Positions 1 through 13,252 of a stretch of DNA of 64,000 bases are shown piece after piece; position 1 is the first letter of the stretch; the number at the start of each line of letters is the position of its first letter. The position numbers were made by a program, and so were the translations under genes. This DNA is from Marsupella aquatica (Eukaryota; Plantae; Marchantiophyta), in assembly GCA_973895155.1 (NCBI GenBank), contig OZ316898.1:6993079-7057078 (forward strand). The letters run 5' to 3'. Below the pieces are notes generated by a model, which was not told the DNA's origin, did not search any database, and worked only from the letters and a program-made list of their open reading frames with translations.

Positions 1-3000
1 AAGCAATCAATCCATGGTACATTATATTATTCTTCAAAACTGACAAGAAGAGGGCCTGGGTCTCACTGGGAGGAGCAATACTCTGCATCACAGGTAATCT
101 CGCCCATATTAGTTGGCTGTGTCTTGAATAGTACTGCCTGTGCGCGCGGTTTGAACCGATGAAATGCGATTTGAAAAATGCTTCCAAGTAGCATCGTATA
201 GTCTATCGCTTCCCGCGCTTGAATCATTCACGGGGCGTTCTCAATGGGAGACGTGATATACTCTTCAAATGCGATCCACAGGAACTGAGGCCATGTTCGC
301 TGACTTGGGACATTTCTCAGTGAGAGCAATCCAGGTATTTATGGATATCAAATGAACATGTGAATATCGTAATAATGTTTTGTTATTGAACTGCTTCGTG
401 TTTAATCTGTTTTTATGGTCGTTTCTTCAGACCATATCGTTTGAAAACTCAGCCTGTCTGGCGTTGAGGTCTAGCATAGTTTCTATTTCGCATGGTTCAG
501 CGTACCAATGTCATATCGTAAGAGTATGCACTCGTTCATTGGCGCGTAGAATCAATGCCCTCTGTCAACATTGCAATTCTTGTTCTGGGAAAATTTGATA
601 CATATCCATGCCTTGTAATTAGTGATAGTAAGTGAGACTTTCTTACAAAGTGGCATGTGCTTGCGATGGATACAGGTTGCCTTCACGTCCCTTGTTTACC
701 CCTGCTTGTTAAGCGCTTACATAGGTCAGGCTGCCTACCTCACCGTTCATCCAGAAAATGTGGCTCAAACATTCTTCAAATCGATTCCAAGTAAGTGATT
801 TTTCTAGTTTCCTTTGTTTCTCACGTCTACCTCCATCACACGCGAGTGCAATCGTTGTCTCAGTTCCCCGACTGGGCCATCTAACGAGAGACTCGAAGAT
901 TGAATGTCTTCAAGGGAGATTAAATGCATTCCTGGGTACAGATGATTGCGGGTGGAATTTAAGAAAACGTCCACGAGTCGATAACCATGAGCAACAGTTA
1001 CTGAGAAGACGAGATGATAATAACAAGAACCTTAAGGGTAATTAAAAGGGTTGCCAGTTGCGTTTCTAAAATACATGGACATTTGGGAGTAATTTATGAT
1101 ATGCTGTAGGTGAATTATGGCTTAGGAGCTGGTATGCAAATGGAATTATAAATATGAGAGCGATGTGGAGTATAGCACGGAAATAGCCGCCGTAGTAGCA
1201 AATACCTTAGGCAATCGACCAGCACAAAGGGTTGCTCCTACAAGTCGAATTTGAAGCAGTATCTTGAAGTGTCTGAATAGACTTTCTTACCGTTTTTTTT
1301 CGGGTATATTCACAGAATAACTTAAAATGAAAATTTGACAAAGCCCATTTGTGGATGTACTGTGCTTTTTCACCAAGTTGAATGTTTTCTGATGTTCGGT
1401 TGCTGGGATGTCTTTCCAGAACCAGTTTACTGGCCCATGTTTGTAGTAGCCACAGGCGCAGCTATCATAGCAAGTCAGGCTATGATCTCAGCCACCTTCG
1501 CTATTGTCTATCAAGCCATGGCTTTGGGCTGCTTTCCCCGAGTTCGAGTGGTGCATACCAGTAAAAAGTACCCTGGTCAAATCTACATCCCAGAGATGAA
1601 CTGGCTTTTGATGATTCTATGTGTTGCCATTGCTGCCGGCTTTCAGGACACGAGCCAGATTGGAAATGCGTACGGTGGGTACTACTGCACTCCCAAGATA
1701 AAATTTTCCTGATTCTCTAACTGATCAAACGAATTAAATTGTTCCTCTGGCAAATTGCAACTGGTTTCAGAAGATACATCAAAGAGCAATCTAGGTGGAG
1801 TGAGTTAGGCAATCGACACCCTCTGGGTGACGAATCTCTTCAGGAATCCCTCAATTCTGCTCATTTTATCGAGTTCTTATTCTTAGATTTATTATGGATA
1901 ATAGATCCGGTTTCACCTTGTTCCAGTAAAAAAACATTAACCTGTCAGTGCTTACGGATTATAGTTTTCCCGTACTCCTACCGGCTATTGGTGTCTACGT
2001 ACTGAATTGTACTGTACTCGGGTCTACTCCTTGCTGTATCACACAAGAATTTGTTTACGGTTGAGTACAGTTTTTTCTGTCTATGTTAGGGGTTGAATCA
2101 CAAGGGAATTTTTAGATGCTGTCATTTGCTTTCGATCACTCCCTGTAGTGTTCAGAGCCTGTTCCTTTGTGAGAATAGGTCCCTGTGCTGTCAGATGGGA
2201 TTGGAGTTTTCTGACTACAAAGACAAATCACATATTGACCTTCAGACATTTGAATGTGGCAGGGGTGGCTGTGAATGCTGACATGATTATCACGACGAAT
2301 CTCCTCACGCTAGTCATGCTAATGGTGTGGCAGACGCCTCTCTATGTAGCTCTGACATTCTGGGGTTGCTTCAGTGCAGTGGAGCTACTCTACTTCTCGT
2401 CAGTTCTCAACAAAATTCCTCAAGGAGGCTGGGTACCAATCGTGTTCGTGGTCATCTTTTCCATGATTATGTTCACCTGGCAATACGGCCGAGTAAAGAA
2501 GTATGATTATGAGGTGCGCCATAAGGTATCAATGGACTGGGTGCTGGGACTAGGATCGAACCTGGGCATGGCACGAGTGCCTGGCATCGGCCTCGTATAC
2601 TCAGAGCTTGCGCAAGGAGTTCCAACCATCTTTGCGCATCTCATTAACAACCTACCGGCCATGCATTCCATCCTGGTCTTTGTGTGTATCAAATACTTGC
2701 CACTGCCAACCGTTCCAGACGAAGAGCGCTTCCTCCTCCGTCGGATAGGTCCCAAACCGTACCGAATGTTCAGATGTGCAGTCAGATTTGGATACATGGA
2801 TTCAATCGACGACCATGCTAAATTTGAAAACCTTCTTATGCAGTGCCTCTCAAATTTCCTCAGAAATGAAATGAGTCCTTTGGAATCTAAAGCTGATGAA
2901 AAGGGTACAGCAACAGCGCAAGAGTCTCACATCCAGATTGAGGAGCCTCCCAGCTCGACTGCTCTAGGTCCCATGAACCTCATGGAAGCTTCCAAACAGC

Positions 3001-3293
3001 TCCCCAAAAGATATGATAGCCAGAATTCTGTTGATGGGATCAATAATCTGTCAGCCCCTGTCGACCCTAATCTGGAGGAGGAGCTTGCTATGTTAGAGAA
3101 TGCAAGACAAGCCGGAATTGTGTATCTTCTCGGAAGAACTGAGATCACGGCCTCCAAGAAGTCTTCAGCATTCAAGAAGCTTGTGATCAACCAGGGCTAC
3201 AACTTCCTCCACACGAACTCCAGGTCATCCCTTGTTTACCTTAATATTCCACATTCCCAGCTGTTACAAGTGGGCATGATCCACAACATCTAA
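1..3293 (+). CDS. HAK: KUP/HAK/KT potassium transporter, last five exons (5' part outside window)
   Basis: GT-AG exons <1-93, 282-334, 676-790, 1420-1674 and 2263-3293 splice in frame. They give family motifs [76 protein letters not shown] and C-terminal LLQVGM; stop TAA 3291-3293. Confidence 0.96.
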
Positions 3294-4243
3294 GCCATAT
3301 GAATGGTATGAAACCTTCGGTTGGCTTGAAACGTAGTTTAAGTCAATTAGGAAAATTTCCGAAGCATATGATTCTCTCAGGATTTATCTCAGGTACTAGT
3401 CTTTCTTTGGCTGATTTGCCTTAAATTTGGCATGCTAGCCACTGCCTTAGAGAACTGAAAGGCTGCCTGTTGTCTCGAGACTCGGAGACCGGTGCAAGTT
3501 GTAGTTTACCGTAGGCTTTGTCTCGGAATGCAATAAGGAGATTTCAAAATTGTATACACTTCGACAGTAGACATATGAAAGCGATTGTAGTGATAGCAAC
3601 TAAAGTAGAGTTTCAAGAGTAGGGGATAGCTGTGAAGTGCGAACGGGTAGGTAGGTCGGTAAGCTAACTTTATGGGTGAGTCCCAAGTAGAACGCTGCTC
3701 TCTTATTCTCGAGAGTGCTTGTTGTAAATATGTTCCTTGATTCCTATATGCTCCTGCCCCGAATCCAACCCAATTTAGATCGCGAGAATTGTCTTCAACA
3801 AAGTGTGCAAGTCTGTAATGTATGTAATATCCTGATACTAAACTCAATTGCTTCAGTTTACATCTGTTGTTGACAGTAACTGGGCCTTGTATGGGAAGTT
3901 ACTTGGCTCTCCGCTTCCAAGTGGCAAGGCATCATTGGGGATTTCACTAAGATCAGCTTCACTCCTCCGGTTGCCCGGGAGCAATAGTCGATGTGGGACT
4001 TTGTTAAGCTTGCATTGTGTATACTACCGACTTTGTGATTACTTAGTTTGTTAAGTGTACATTGTGTAGACTACCGTAGATTCGTAGGCCTTCCATTTGT
4101 GTCCATTAATGGAGCTTGTTCCATATGATTGTCAGGCGTGTCTTTATGTGGGGCCCTTGCCTCCCCTCAAGATTCATTGCTTATGAATAAATCGGAAGCT
4201 TACAACATCATAAGGAAAATTAGCATTCTCAATCCAACGTAGT

Positions 4244-4524
4244 GAGTGATTTTGAGCTATGAGCAAATTACCTTCGTTATTCCTCTCAAAAATAGTGTCT
4301 TTAAGAAATGTAATAATGAGCTGCAGTAGCATTTTCATGTGTACGTGTGAGCAACAATATTTCTTAAACTCAATTGCACCTACATCGCATGGAAAAACAT
4401 GCTGAGTCAAAGAAACGAGTGATTTTGAGGTACGAACTTTATTTTTTCCCTATCAGAATTGGTGTCCAAGAAATGTAATAAACAAGCTCCTGTTGCATTT
4501 GCATGTGGACGTGTGAGCAACAAT
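4244..4524. repeat. Diverged direct repeat, two copies about 173 bp apart
   Basis: gagtgattttgag...aagaaatgtaataa...catgtg(t/g)acgtgtgagcaacaat occurs at ~4244-4358 and ~4417-4524. Confidence 0.7.
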
Positions 4525-5156
4525 GCCTTGGAAAAGTCCACTAGACATCACTAGACATTATCATAGCATTGCTTTGAAAACTGTACACCACAAAGCAAGC
4601 TAGGCAGTGGAACTCAGCATATCAGCAAAAGCAAAAATGACGCCCAAGTCCAAATGGTGGAAGGAAGGATGCCATTTTGAAAGGTTATGCACTCCAAAGC
4701 CCTGTAGAAACAGAAAATAAATAAAGATTTACAAGCATCCAATTTACAGATCGAAACAGCAAGCATGGATTTGTATTAAAAATATGCCATGCTTTACATG
4801 TTGGTCCCAGCAAGACCAGGTGAAAAGGGACCCTTGCTTCTTGATTTTGTTAAATGTATTTTTTTAAGGGGGGATGGGCTTAAGATTCTCAATCATGACA
4901 TGCATTCTCAAATTTGAGTGGTAAAAAATCCTTACACTACCCACTCTTTGGTTAGATTTGAAGTTTGGGGAGTTTGAACATGCTAGAGAAGTGTCCAATG
5001 ATTCTAAAAACCCTGAATCTCACTAGCTTGTCATAGTGGATTGGGTGTGTGATGGGCCATGCTTTGATGAAATGGCCTCTAGGTAAGTTCTTAAATCTTT
5101 CCTGTTACCCAGATTTTCCCCAATAATGTGTGGCTTTGTCCGGCCTACAGAAGTAC

Positions 5157-5530
5157 TGTTAGCAACCATCATCTCCAAACTAGACAACAATGCACAATAT
5201 GAGAGCACTGAATATCACACTACACCAACAAGACACCACAATGGAGAAACTCTTAAAGCATTCATAACTCATGAGCAAGTACATGTGAAGTATGAGGGAG
5301 AGGGTACTCTCCCTCCAACCTATACCCCCCAAGGGGGCCAAGATGTGCAGGCCTAATCTACATGGATCTTATCCTAATGTAACCAAGGGTTAACTAACCC
5401 TAGTAAGGCCAAACTAACTAGAAGCCATGAACTCAAGTCATTGTCCCAAGTACTTATTAGGGAGTCTCAAAAATTCAAAGCTTCATTCTTAAGTGTGATG
5501 GCTTTTGGCCATAAAGAACTCCCCTTAACT
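5157..5530 (-). mobile_element. Possible degraded copia-type LTR plus PPT in reverse orientation
   Basis: Begins TGTTAGCA and ends next to aactccccttaac, the reverse complement of a PPT like aagggggagtt in the intact elements. No TSD and no clean CA end. Confidence 0.3.
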
Positions 5531-6419
5531 ATTTTCAGAGTGGGGTGATGAGGCCCAAAACTGGGCCCATAATGTATTGTTAGGAATATGGCGGATGGCA
5601 GTATGCTGTATATGCCACTTATACCATGCATTCCAGTTGTAACTGTTTATTCAGTAAAGAGGTGAGGAGGCAAGTTGCATAAAACTTAGATTTTGTTGTG
5701 GAAAACATTATAAGAGTGCAAACTAACAAAAACGCCAAACCATGAGTCAGGGTCCCAAAAGCAACCCAATAATGGGAAAAGAGAGGGGAAGAAGCCCAGA
5801 GGCAACTGAAGAGGCCCAACAAGCCAAGGAGTCCCTTTGAGAACGGGTAGTGTTGATGACGTAATCCACGAGTGGAAATGGAATAGTGGGAGGTGGTAGA
5901 TGATACAAGGAATGTACATTATGAGTATAGTGTATGTACTGAGAGTGTGCTATCTTGGTTATTTTGTGTTTTCTTTGTATATCCTATTTTTCCTGGGTTT
6001 TTGTTTTTTTAATGAAACTATCACTAAGAATGGGGAGTAGTTTTTTGTGGCTGGTTAATCATAAACGTGGTGGGGAAAAGATTTAATTTTCCAGGGGTCC
6101 AGGTCATTTGAGGGTGCACTTCCTGGGTGTTTCTGGAGGGGAATATTCAAGCAGGTTGTTCAACTTTTTTTGGTTGCCCATGGTTTGAACAATTATCCGA
6201 TATACTTATGGTATCAATTATCTGAGATTTGTTACATTGCCATATTTTTCTTTGAAATTACAAAATGCCACACTTCCTATTTTAACAAATAGAATGTCAC
6301 TTCGTAACCAATGGAGTCCTATATATGTTAACCCTGGTTGGATCTACAATCAGGCTTTTTCCACTCAGCAGAGTATTACACTGGAGCTTCCTTTCCTCAA
6401 TGACATTTCCTTGCCTCTC

Positions 6420-6887
6420 CTTAACCAGTTTTTTCTCTACTTGACATCTTTGACTCACCCGGACATCTAAAATTTGCCTTGACACTTTTGTTTCACCTGG
6501 ACATATGTGAGTGGCCTTGGCATTATCTTTGAAACAAACAAACATAGTTTTCCTATCACTTGATTGTGACTGGACTTTATGATGCGGTACATGGCCGATA
6601 TCTCTCTTCTCCAATATCCACAGGTTATTGAACATCACCTCAACAACTTTACCTTGCCTTGACATCATTTTTCTTATCTCGCCATTTTTTTCAACCTCTA
6701 TCTTTTCTCACCTTGACATCTTTAATTATTCACCACAACATCTTTCCCTCGCCCTGGACATATTTTCTCTCCTCAAAATCTTTCACTCATCTTTACATCG
6801 TTACATCTTTTCTCACCTCAACATATTTTCTTTCCTTGATTTCTTTTTCTCATCTCAATTATTTTTTCCTCACCTTGGTATCTCTTT
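6420..6887. repeat. Degenerate ~19-20-bp pyrimidine-rich minisatellite (TCACCTTGACATCTTT-like), interrupted by copia element 1
   Basis: Recurring cttgacatc/ctcaacat/ctggacat units. The same units resume after the 3' LTR at 13598-13650. Confidence 0.65.
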
Positions 6888-7232
6888 TGTTAGATATTGC
6901 TCTAGTCTTGTGACTCTTGTGCTAACCACAGTTAGGCTAACTCAGGTTAGGACCTAGCTAAGGTTAGCGGTAGTGCTGTTGAGCATATAGGCCAGGGCTG
7001 ATGCCAGACCCTGGTGGAACAAAGGCTCATTGTTACGGAGCTAGTTGAGAGATAGGGAGAGCTTGTGTTGTGGATGCTTGGTATGGCCGGTCGGCCTAGA
7101 GTGCAGTAAAGCTCTTGTGTGTTCCCGTGGACGTAGCCTCATGTGGAGGTGAACCACGTATCTCTCTGTGTCGACTCTTGTGCGTTGGATGGTTCATGGG
7201 CTTGCCGTTACGAATGTCGTCTATGCTCAACA
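6888..7232 (+). repeat. 5' LTR of copia copy 1
   Basis: TGTTAGAT...GCTCAACA, direct repeat of 13253-13597. Confidence 0.97.
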
Positions 7233-7234
7233 AG

Positions 7235-7246
7235 TGGTATCAGAGC
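7235..7246 (+). promoter_or_regulatory. Primer-binding site (initiator tRNA-Met)
   Basis: TGGTATCAGAGC 2 nt after the 5' LTR, the canonical plant tRNAiMet PBS. Confidence 0.95.
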
Positions 7247-8770
7247 ATGCCTGGGAGGTGACGAGGTTTTTTCGTGACGTGTTTTTCCAGCGTTCATTGT
7301 CGATGGCACATTCGGAGTTTCATCGCATGAAACTTGAATGTGTGTGGCTGAGCGGATAGGTTAGTGAGAGGGCTTTCTAACGGTGGTTAGAACTTGTTGA
7401 TCGGTATCCGTGGTGCGGAGGAATCAAAGTCTGCGTCGTTCAAGGCTTATTCGTGTTCGACGAGATTTCGGGGGAGAGACCAGAATTTGCATTTTTCAAC
7501 GGTGTGAGCTGTACAGTGCGGGAGGTGTCGCATGTTGTAGCTCAAGTTGAAGGTTGAAGCGAGCTGGTCGTTTTGGTAGCTGATTTGCTGTCGAGTTGTT
7601 ACCGAGTGAGACGTGACGAGTGAAGGAGGCGTTCAGGTTTTTTCACAAGCTATGGAGCTTGTTCTCATCTGAATTAGGTTTCTCTTCGTGACGTCCGACT
7701 CGGTGGAAGAAACGCGAAGTGCTACGGCTCAACGGTTTGATCGCGGCGAAGCGATCGTTTTGAGTCCGGGATTGGCACTTGACACGGAGTGAGTGTGACG
7801 CAACGGAATATTTTTTTCTCTGCTGGAGCTGCAGATTGTGCTGGTGCAATTCGGCAACATTTCCTGTCGGCGGCGTTCACTTTACTCGTGAGAAGCAACG
7901 GCGTTCAAGGTGTGTAAATGGCATTTTTGTTATGAAGTCAAATTTTGGCTTAGGTTGGGGCCACTTTTGGTGTGTATACACACCCTCCCAGCTCCTGGTA
8001 CCCCCGTCGTTTTCCCCCCTCGCACCTTGTTTTCCCCTCATCCTTCAGCCGTGGCAACGAGCTGTGCAACACCGGCCGGCGCTTTTTGCGCGCTCGTACG
8101 CCCTCCGCCATATTGTGTCGGTCACTACCGTGGCACCGCCCTGTCATCGTATGCCCAGCCCTTTGCGGCTCTACGCCGCTTGTATGCGGCTGTACCCTCG
8201 TCCCGCCCCGACGCCGGCCATACGCCCTTCGTACCCCCGGCCCTTTACGGGGTATTTTAGGCTTTAAGGGGCTTAAGCACCCCCTTTAGTGCCCATTTTT
8301 AGCCTTTTTTCCCTCTCATTAGTTTGTCCCATGTGTCGGGACCTGCCGCCCTCCGTTTTAACCGCTTGGATAGGGGGAACTGCCCCCTGTGAGACCTGCT
8401 GTACTGTGCGGGAATATTCCCGAAAAACAGAGAGCTGTTTTTTGGCCGTCCGACAAAGATTCCGTCCGCCGAACGGTAACTTTTTTGGTTCTTTTTTGGT
8501 GAGGACGTTGCCACTGGAGTTAGCAACGCGGCGCACCGATCACATTGCGATTCCGACGACGGGTTGTACTTGGTATTTTGGTTATTCTCCGAGGTGGTCA
8601 AAACGGGGGAGTTTCCCAAGGTTTTACCCACCCCGACCGAAATTTGAATAACTTTTCCGTTGAATTTTGATTTTGATTTTGGCTTTCAGTATTGGACTCC
8701 TAGCTTTGTGGGCTACGCGGCGGTGTTGAGTTTTGAGTTTTATGAGAAGTTTCAAAAAAAGACATTTCAT

Positions 8771-9826
8771 ATGAGTGACTCGGAGGATACTGGAAGAATT
8801 GGCGTCGGTGGAGCTTCAGGATCGCGATGGTCAGACGGTGAGTCTGAGGAGGAGTTGCTACCGTTTGAGGAAGAACTAGTGACACCGATACGATCACCGG
8901 TGCAGCGTGCAGTGGAGGAAGTTGTGTTACTACCAGAGCTGTCGGTAGTAGGGAAGAAGAGGGAGATGGCTAGATTTGGAGGAGTAAAGTTTGAGGTGGA
9001 GAAGTACGATGGTCGTACTGATTACTTGCTCTGGGAGAAGCAAGTGAAGGGTGTCCTTCGGGCCATGGGCTTAGCTCATCTGCTCTCTTCGCGAGAGCAG
9101 TATGATGGAGAGGAGGAGATTTCTTTGAGACAGTGGAGACAGGAGCAGGTGATTGCTGTCAATGCAGTGATGCTATATCTCAAGCCGCACATCATCAAGC
9201 AGCTGGATGATTATGCGGATTGCACGTCACTGTTCAAGGCTCTAAGAGAGAAGTACTACCGGGAAGATGCGTCAGACCGGCTGTACAAGAAGTCTCTCTT
9301 GATGAGCCTTAGGCTCAAGGAAGGGAGCAAGATGCAGGATCACCTGGATGAATTTGACATTCTAGCGGTGGATCTGTCAAACCTGGGAAAAGGAGTTGAA
9401 GATGAGGATAAGGCCTTGCTTCTGCTAAGCTCGTTACCGCCGTCTTATTAGGGCTTGAAACAGGTGCTCTTCTACAAAGATTTGAAGTCCATTTCGTATA
9501 ATGAGGTGGTGAGCTCATTACTGTCTGATGATGCTCAGAAGAAGCTGGGTCTATCACAGACAGCATCTTCTTCTGGCACTGCGCTGAATGTGAACAGGGG
9601 AAGAGCAGCGCATCGCACGAATGGGCAGAACAGGTTTAGATCTACATCACGGGGGAGATCTAAATCCAGAGGGAAATCGCAAGAGAGGAAGCCTCTTGCA
9701 TGTTGGAATTGTGGCAAGTCTGGCCACATGAAAAGGGATTGTCGAGTAAAGGTCCCTACTGCCTCTGCTAATGCGGCATCGAGCTCGCATGAGGTAGATT
9801 TACTCGATGATGATGACATATTGTGA
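8771..9826 (+). pseudogene. gag: copia gag (copy 1) with 65-aa acidic N-terminal extension; one private stop
   Basis: KFEVEKYDGRTDYLLW N-terminus, LLLLSSLPPSY and zinc knuckle CWNCGKSGHMKRDC. TAG at 9449-9451 is CAG in copy 2. Ends at TGA 9824-9826. Confidence 0.92.
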
Positions 9827-12800
9827 TGTCAAGGTTATGCTCTCAATGTAGTGTCAAATCCAGGTAGTGATGACTGGATTCTAGATAGTGCATGTACTTT
9901 TCACATTTGCTCTAGGAGAGATTGTTTCAGTTCTTACACGGTTTCCAACGGGTCAGTGTTGATGGGAAATGGAATCCCATGTCAAGTTGTTGGACTTGGA
10001 TTTGTAAGATTTCAGATGTTTGATGGTGCTGTGAGAACATTGAGGAATGTGAGACATATTCCCAGCATGATGAAAAATCTCATTTCACTTGGAGTTTTAG
10101 AAGCAAATGGCCATCAGTGGAGCTCTACTAATCGTGTCCTTCAGGTTTCAATTGGTACTAAAGTTGTATTGAAGGGAAAGAGACATAGCAATCTATACGT
10201 TTTGGAGGGCAGTGTAGTTTGTGATGAAGCCAATGTAACCTTATCTCATGAGGAGACGGCCCGGCTGTGACACTTCCGTTTGGGCCACATGAGTGAAAAA
10301 GGTTTGGTTATTCTTCAGAAGAAAGGATTACTTTCTAATTTGCAATCTTGTAAGTTGGAATTTTGTGAGCACTGTGTGCTAGGGAAGCAGCACAGGAAAC
10401 CCTTCGGAGTTGGAACTCACACCGGCAAGGAGGTACTTGAGTATGTACATAGTGATGTGTGGGGTCCAGCCCCTACTCCCTCACATTCTGGACGGTTATA
10501 CTATGTCACGTTCATAGACCATTACTCAAGGTATGTGTGGATATACTTTCTACACAATAAGTCTGATGTTTTTGTCACTTTTAAGGAGTGGAAAGCCCAA
10601 GTTGAGAATCAGACTGGTAATAAGGTGAGATATCTTCGATCGGATAATGGCGGTGAATACAGTTCCGGTGAATTTGGAACGTATTGTAAGGAGCAGGGGA
10701 TCACCCGCCATCTCACAACAAGTTATACTCCTCAGCAGAATGATGTTTTTGAGAGACTCAATCGAACACTATTGGACCGCTCGAGGAGTATGTTGAGTCA
10801 ATCATGCTTACCACATGAGTTTTGGGCTGAAGCTGTCAACACTGCAGCTTATTTGGTAAATTTTTCTCCATCCAGTTCTATTGGATTCAAGACGCCATTT
10901 GAAGTGAGGTACGGGCGTCCAACAGATTACTCACATCTGAGGATTTTTGGATGTGATGCTTATGTGCTTACACCTTCTCAGCTTCGATCCAAGTTGGAGT
11001 CCAAGTCGAAGAAGTGCATTTTCCTTGGCTATCAGAAAGGTGTTAAGGGTTATAGGTTATGGGATCCAGTAACCTGTAAACTAATTGTCAGTAGAGATGT
11101 GTCCTTTAATGAATCCAGATCATCAAAGGAGGGGGAGGGTTCTCAGGACTCCCATACTGACAAGGGGAAATCTCCCATCCCGGACCCGGTTGAGGGGGAG
11201 ATTAGTCATGATGTTATTCATGACAGGAGAGATGGAGGAGCTCCGGGCTTGGAGCTCGTTTCTGTGATGGAACAAGAGGAGCAGATTGTTGCTGGGGTAC
11301 CTCAAATTCATCCAACAGCAACAGCAGATCAGCCTGAGTCATCTACTAGAAGAACTTCCAGTCGTTCTACTAGAGCTCCTACCAGGTATGGTTAATGGGC
11401 AGACTCATCTAAGCTAGATGATATTGACATTGCACCTGATGAAGATGACATGGCTTTGATCTTGGAAGAAGGCGAGCCTTCTTCGTACAGTGAGGCTTGT
11501 GCTTCAGAGCAGAAGCATGAGTGGAATGCAGCAATGCAGAGGGAGTTGCAATCTTTGAGTGACAACAAGACATGGGAATTGGTGGAGCTTCCAAGAGGTC
11601 AGCAAGTGGTGGACAGTAAGTGGATTTACAAGTTGAAGGATAGTCCTTCAGAGGGTGGAGACAAGATCTACAGGGCAAAGCTTGTTGCCAAGGGGTTCAC
11701 TCAGGAGAAAGGAGTGGACTACAATGAGGTCTTTTCACCGGTGGCAAAGTATTCCACAATACGGATCTTGTGTCAGCTTGTTGTGTTTTTTGGTCTGGTG
11801 ATGGATCAGATGGATGTTGTTACTGCTTTTCTCTATGGCAACTTGGAAGAGTTGATCTTCATGAGACAACCACTAGGCTTTATGAAGAAGGGCCAAGAGA
11901 ACTTAGTTTGCAGATTGCTCAAGTCCTTGTTTGGATTGAAGTAGTCTCCCAGACAATTGAACAAGCGGTTTGATGATTTCATGTTTGCTCAAGGTTTTAC
12001 AAGGATGGTGTATGATCCTTGTGTGTATACAAAATCAGTCAAGAATGATGTATTTGGTTTCATCATTCTGGTGATCTATGTGGATGACATGCTCATTGTG
12101 GCTAAAGATCAATCTGAGGTTGACAGTCTCAAGGCGAAATTGAGTGTTGAATTCAGGATGAAGGATCTTAGTAAGGCCAAGAGAATCTTAGAGATGGAGA
12201 TTTTTAGGAACTCTGAGACTGGACAGTTGTGTTTGAGTCAAGGCCAGTATGCGAGGAAAGTACTTGCACGATTCAACATGGAAAACTGTAAGCCAATGAG
12301 TATTCTTTTAGCTCCACATTTCAAGTTATCATCGGCTTTCTCTCCTACGAATGCTGTGGAGAAAGGTCTGATGGCTAAGATTCCTTATGAGAAGGCAGTA
12401 GGCAGTCTGATGTATTTGATGACTTGTACTAGGCCTGACTTAGCCCTAGCGATGGGCAAGGTTAGCAGATTCATGTCAAATCCAGGGAAGGTACACTGGG
12501 AAGCTGTGAAGTGGATTGTCAGGTATCTCAAGGGTACACAGGACTATGGATTACTATTTGATAACAGATCAAATAGAACGTTAGTTGGCTATGTAGATTC
12601 TGACTATGGAGACTGTCTGGATACAAGGAGATCTACAACTGGGTTTGTATACACTCTTGGAGGAGGATGTATCAGTTGGAAATCTACCTTGCAGAAGTGC
12701 ATATCTCAGTCTACTACATAAGCAGAGTATGTTGCAGCAGCAGAAGCAGCAAAGGAAGCAATTTGGTTGGATAAGTTGATCGCGGAGATGGGTTTAGAGC

Positions 12801-13045
12801 ATGGAAAAATGACTCTAAACTGTGATAGTCAGAGTGCTCTTCACTTGGCTGCTAACCAGGTGATGGATAGCAGGGTGAAGCACATTGATATCAGGTACCA
12901 TTTTATCAGGCAAGCAGTGTCTGATAAAACTTTTGAGCTAGTCAAGATTGATGGAAAGTTCAATCCCGCTGATGCCTTTACCAAAGTGATTCCTTTGGAG
13001 AGTTTCTCAAGACACCGTGCTACTTTGTAGGTTTTGCAGTTGTAG
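9827..13045 (+). pseudogene. pol: copia pol (protease-integrase-RT-RNase H), copy 1, in frame with gag, several stops
   Basis: WILDSAC protease; HxRLGH...CEHC and [17 protein letters not shown] integrase; GYQKGVKGY; QMDVVTAFL and YVDDML RT; YVDSD and KHIDIRYHF RNase H. Stops at 10268, 11393, 11942, 12719 and 13028. Confidence 0.95.
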
Positions 13046-13252
13046 TGCAAGTAGAGTTATTTAGCAATGTGTGACTATTTGTATATGGATTACTCATTCC
13101 TGTTAGGCTACGGCTTAGTTCTAGTTAACCCTTAGTTAACCCTTGTGGTTTTTAGGGGGAGACCTGGTTTGGTGATTGTCTAGAACTTCCCGCTGAGGAT
13201 TCCATATGGTAGCATTTAGTCCAATCCCCAAGACAAGAGTCAAGGGGGAGTT

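Noticed and set aside
8289-8651. Extra 120-aa ORF with two CxxC motifs in the copia leader
   Set aside because: The annotated start is a non-ATG codon; copy 2 has a TGA and lacks the first CxxC; the shared peptide is explained by nucleotide identity.
9794-9863. Short intron removing the gag/pol stop (GAG|GTAGAT donor)
   Set aside because: The nearby AG acceptors give 40-, 58- or 70-nt introns, none of which restores the frame.
10268-12721. U-to-C editing as the repair mechanism for the shared stops
   Set aside because: It would give Arg and Gln rather than the conserved Trp and Glu, and it is known from organelles, not nuclear transposons.
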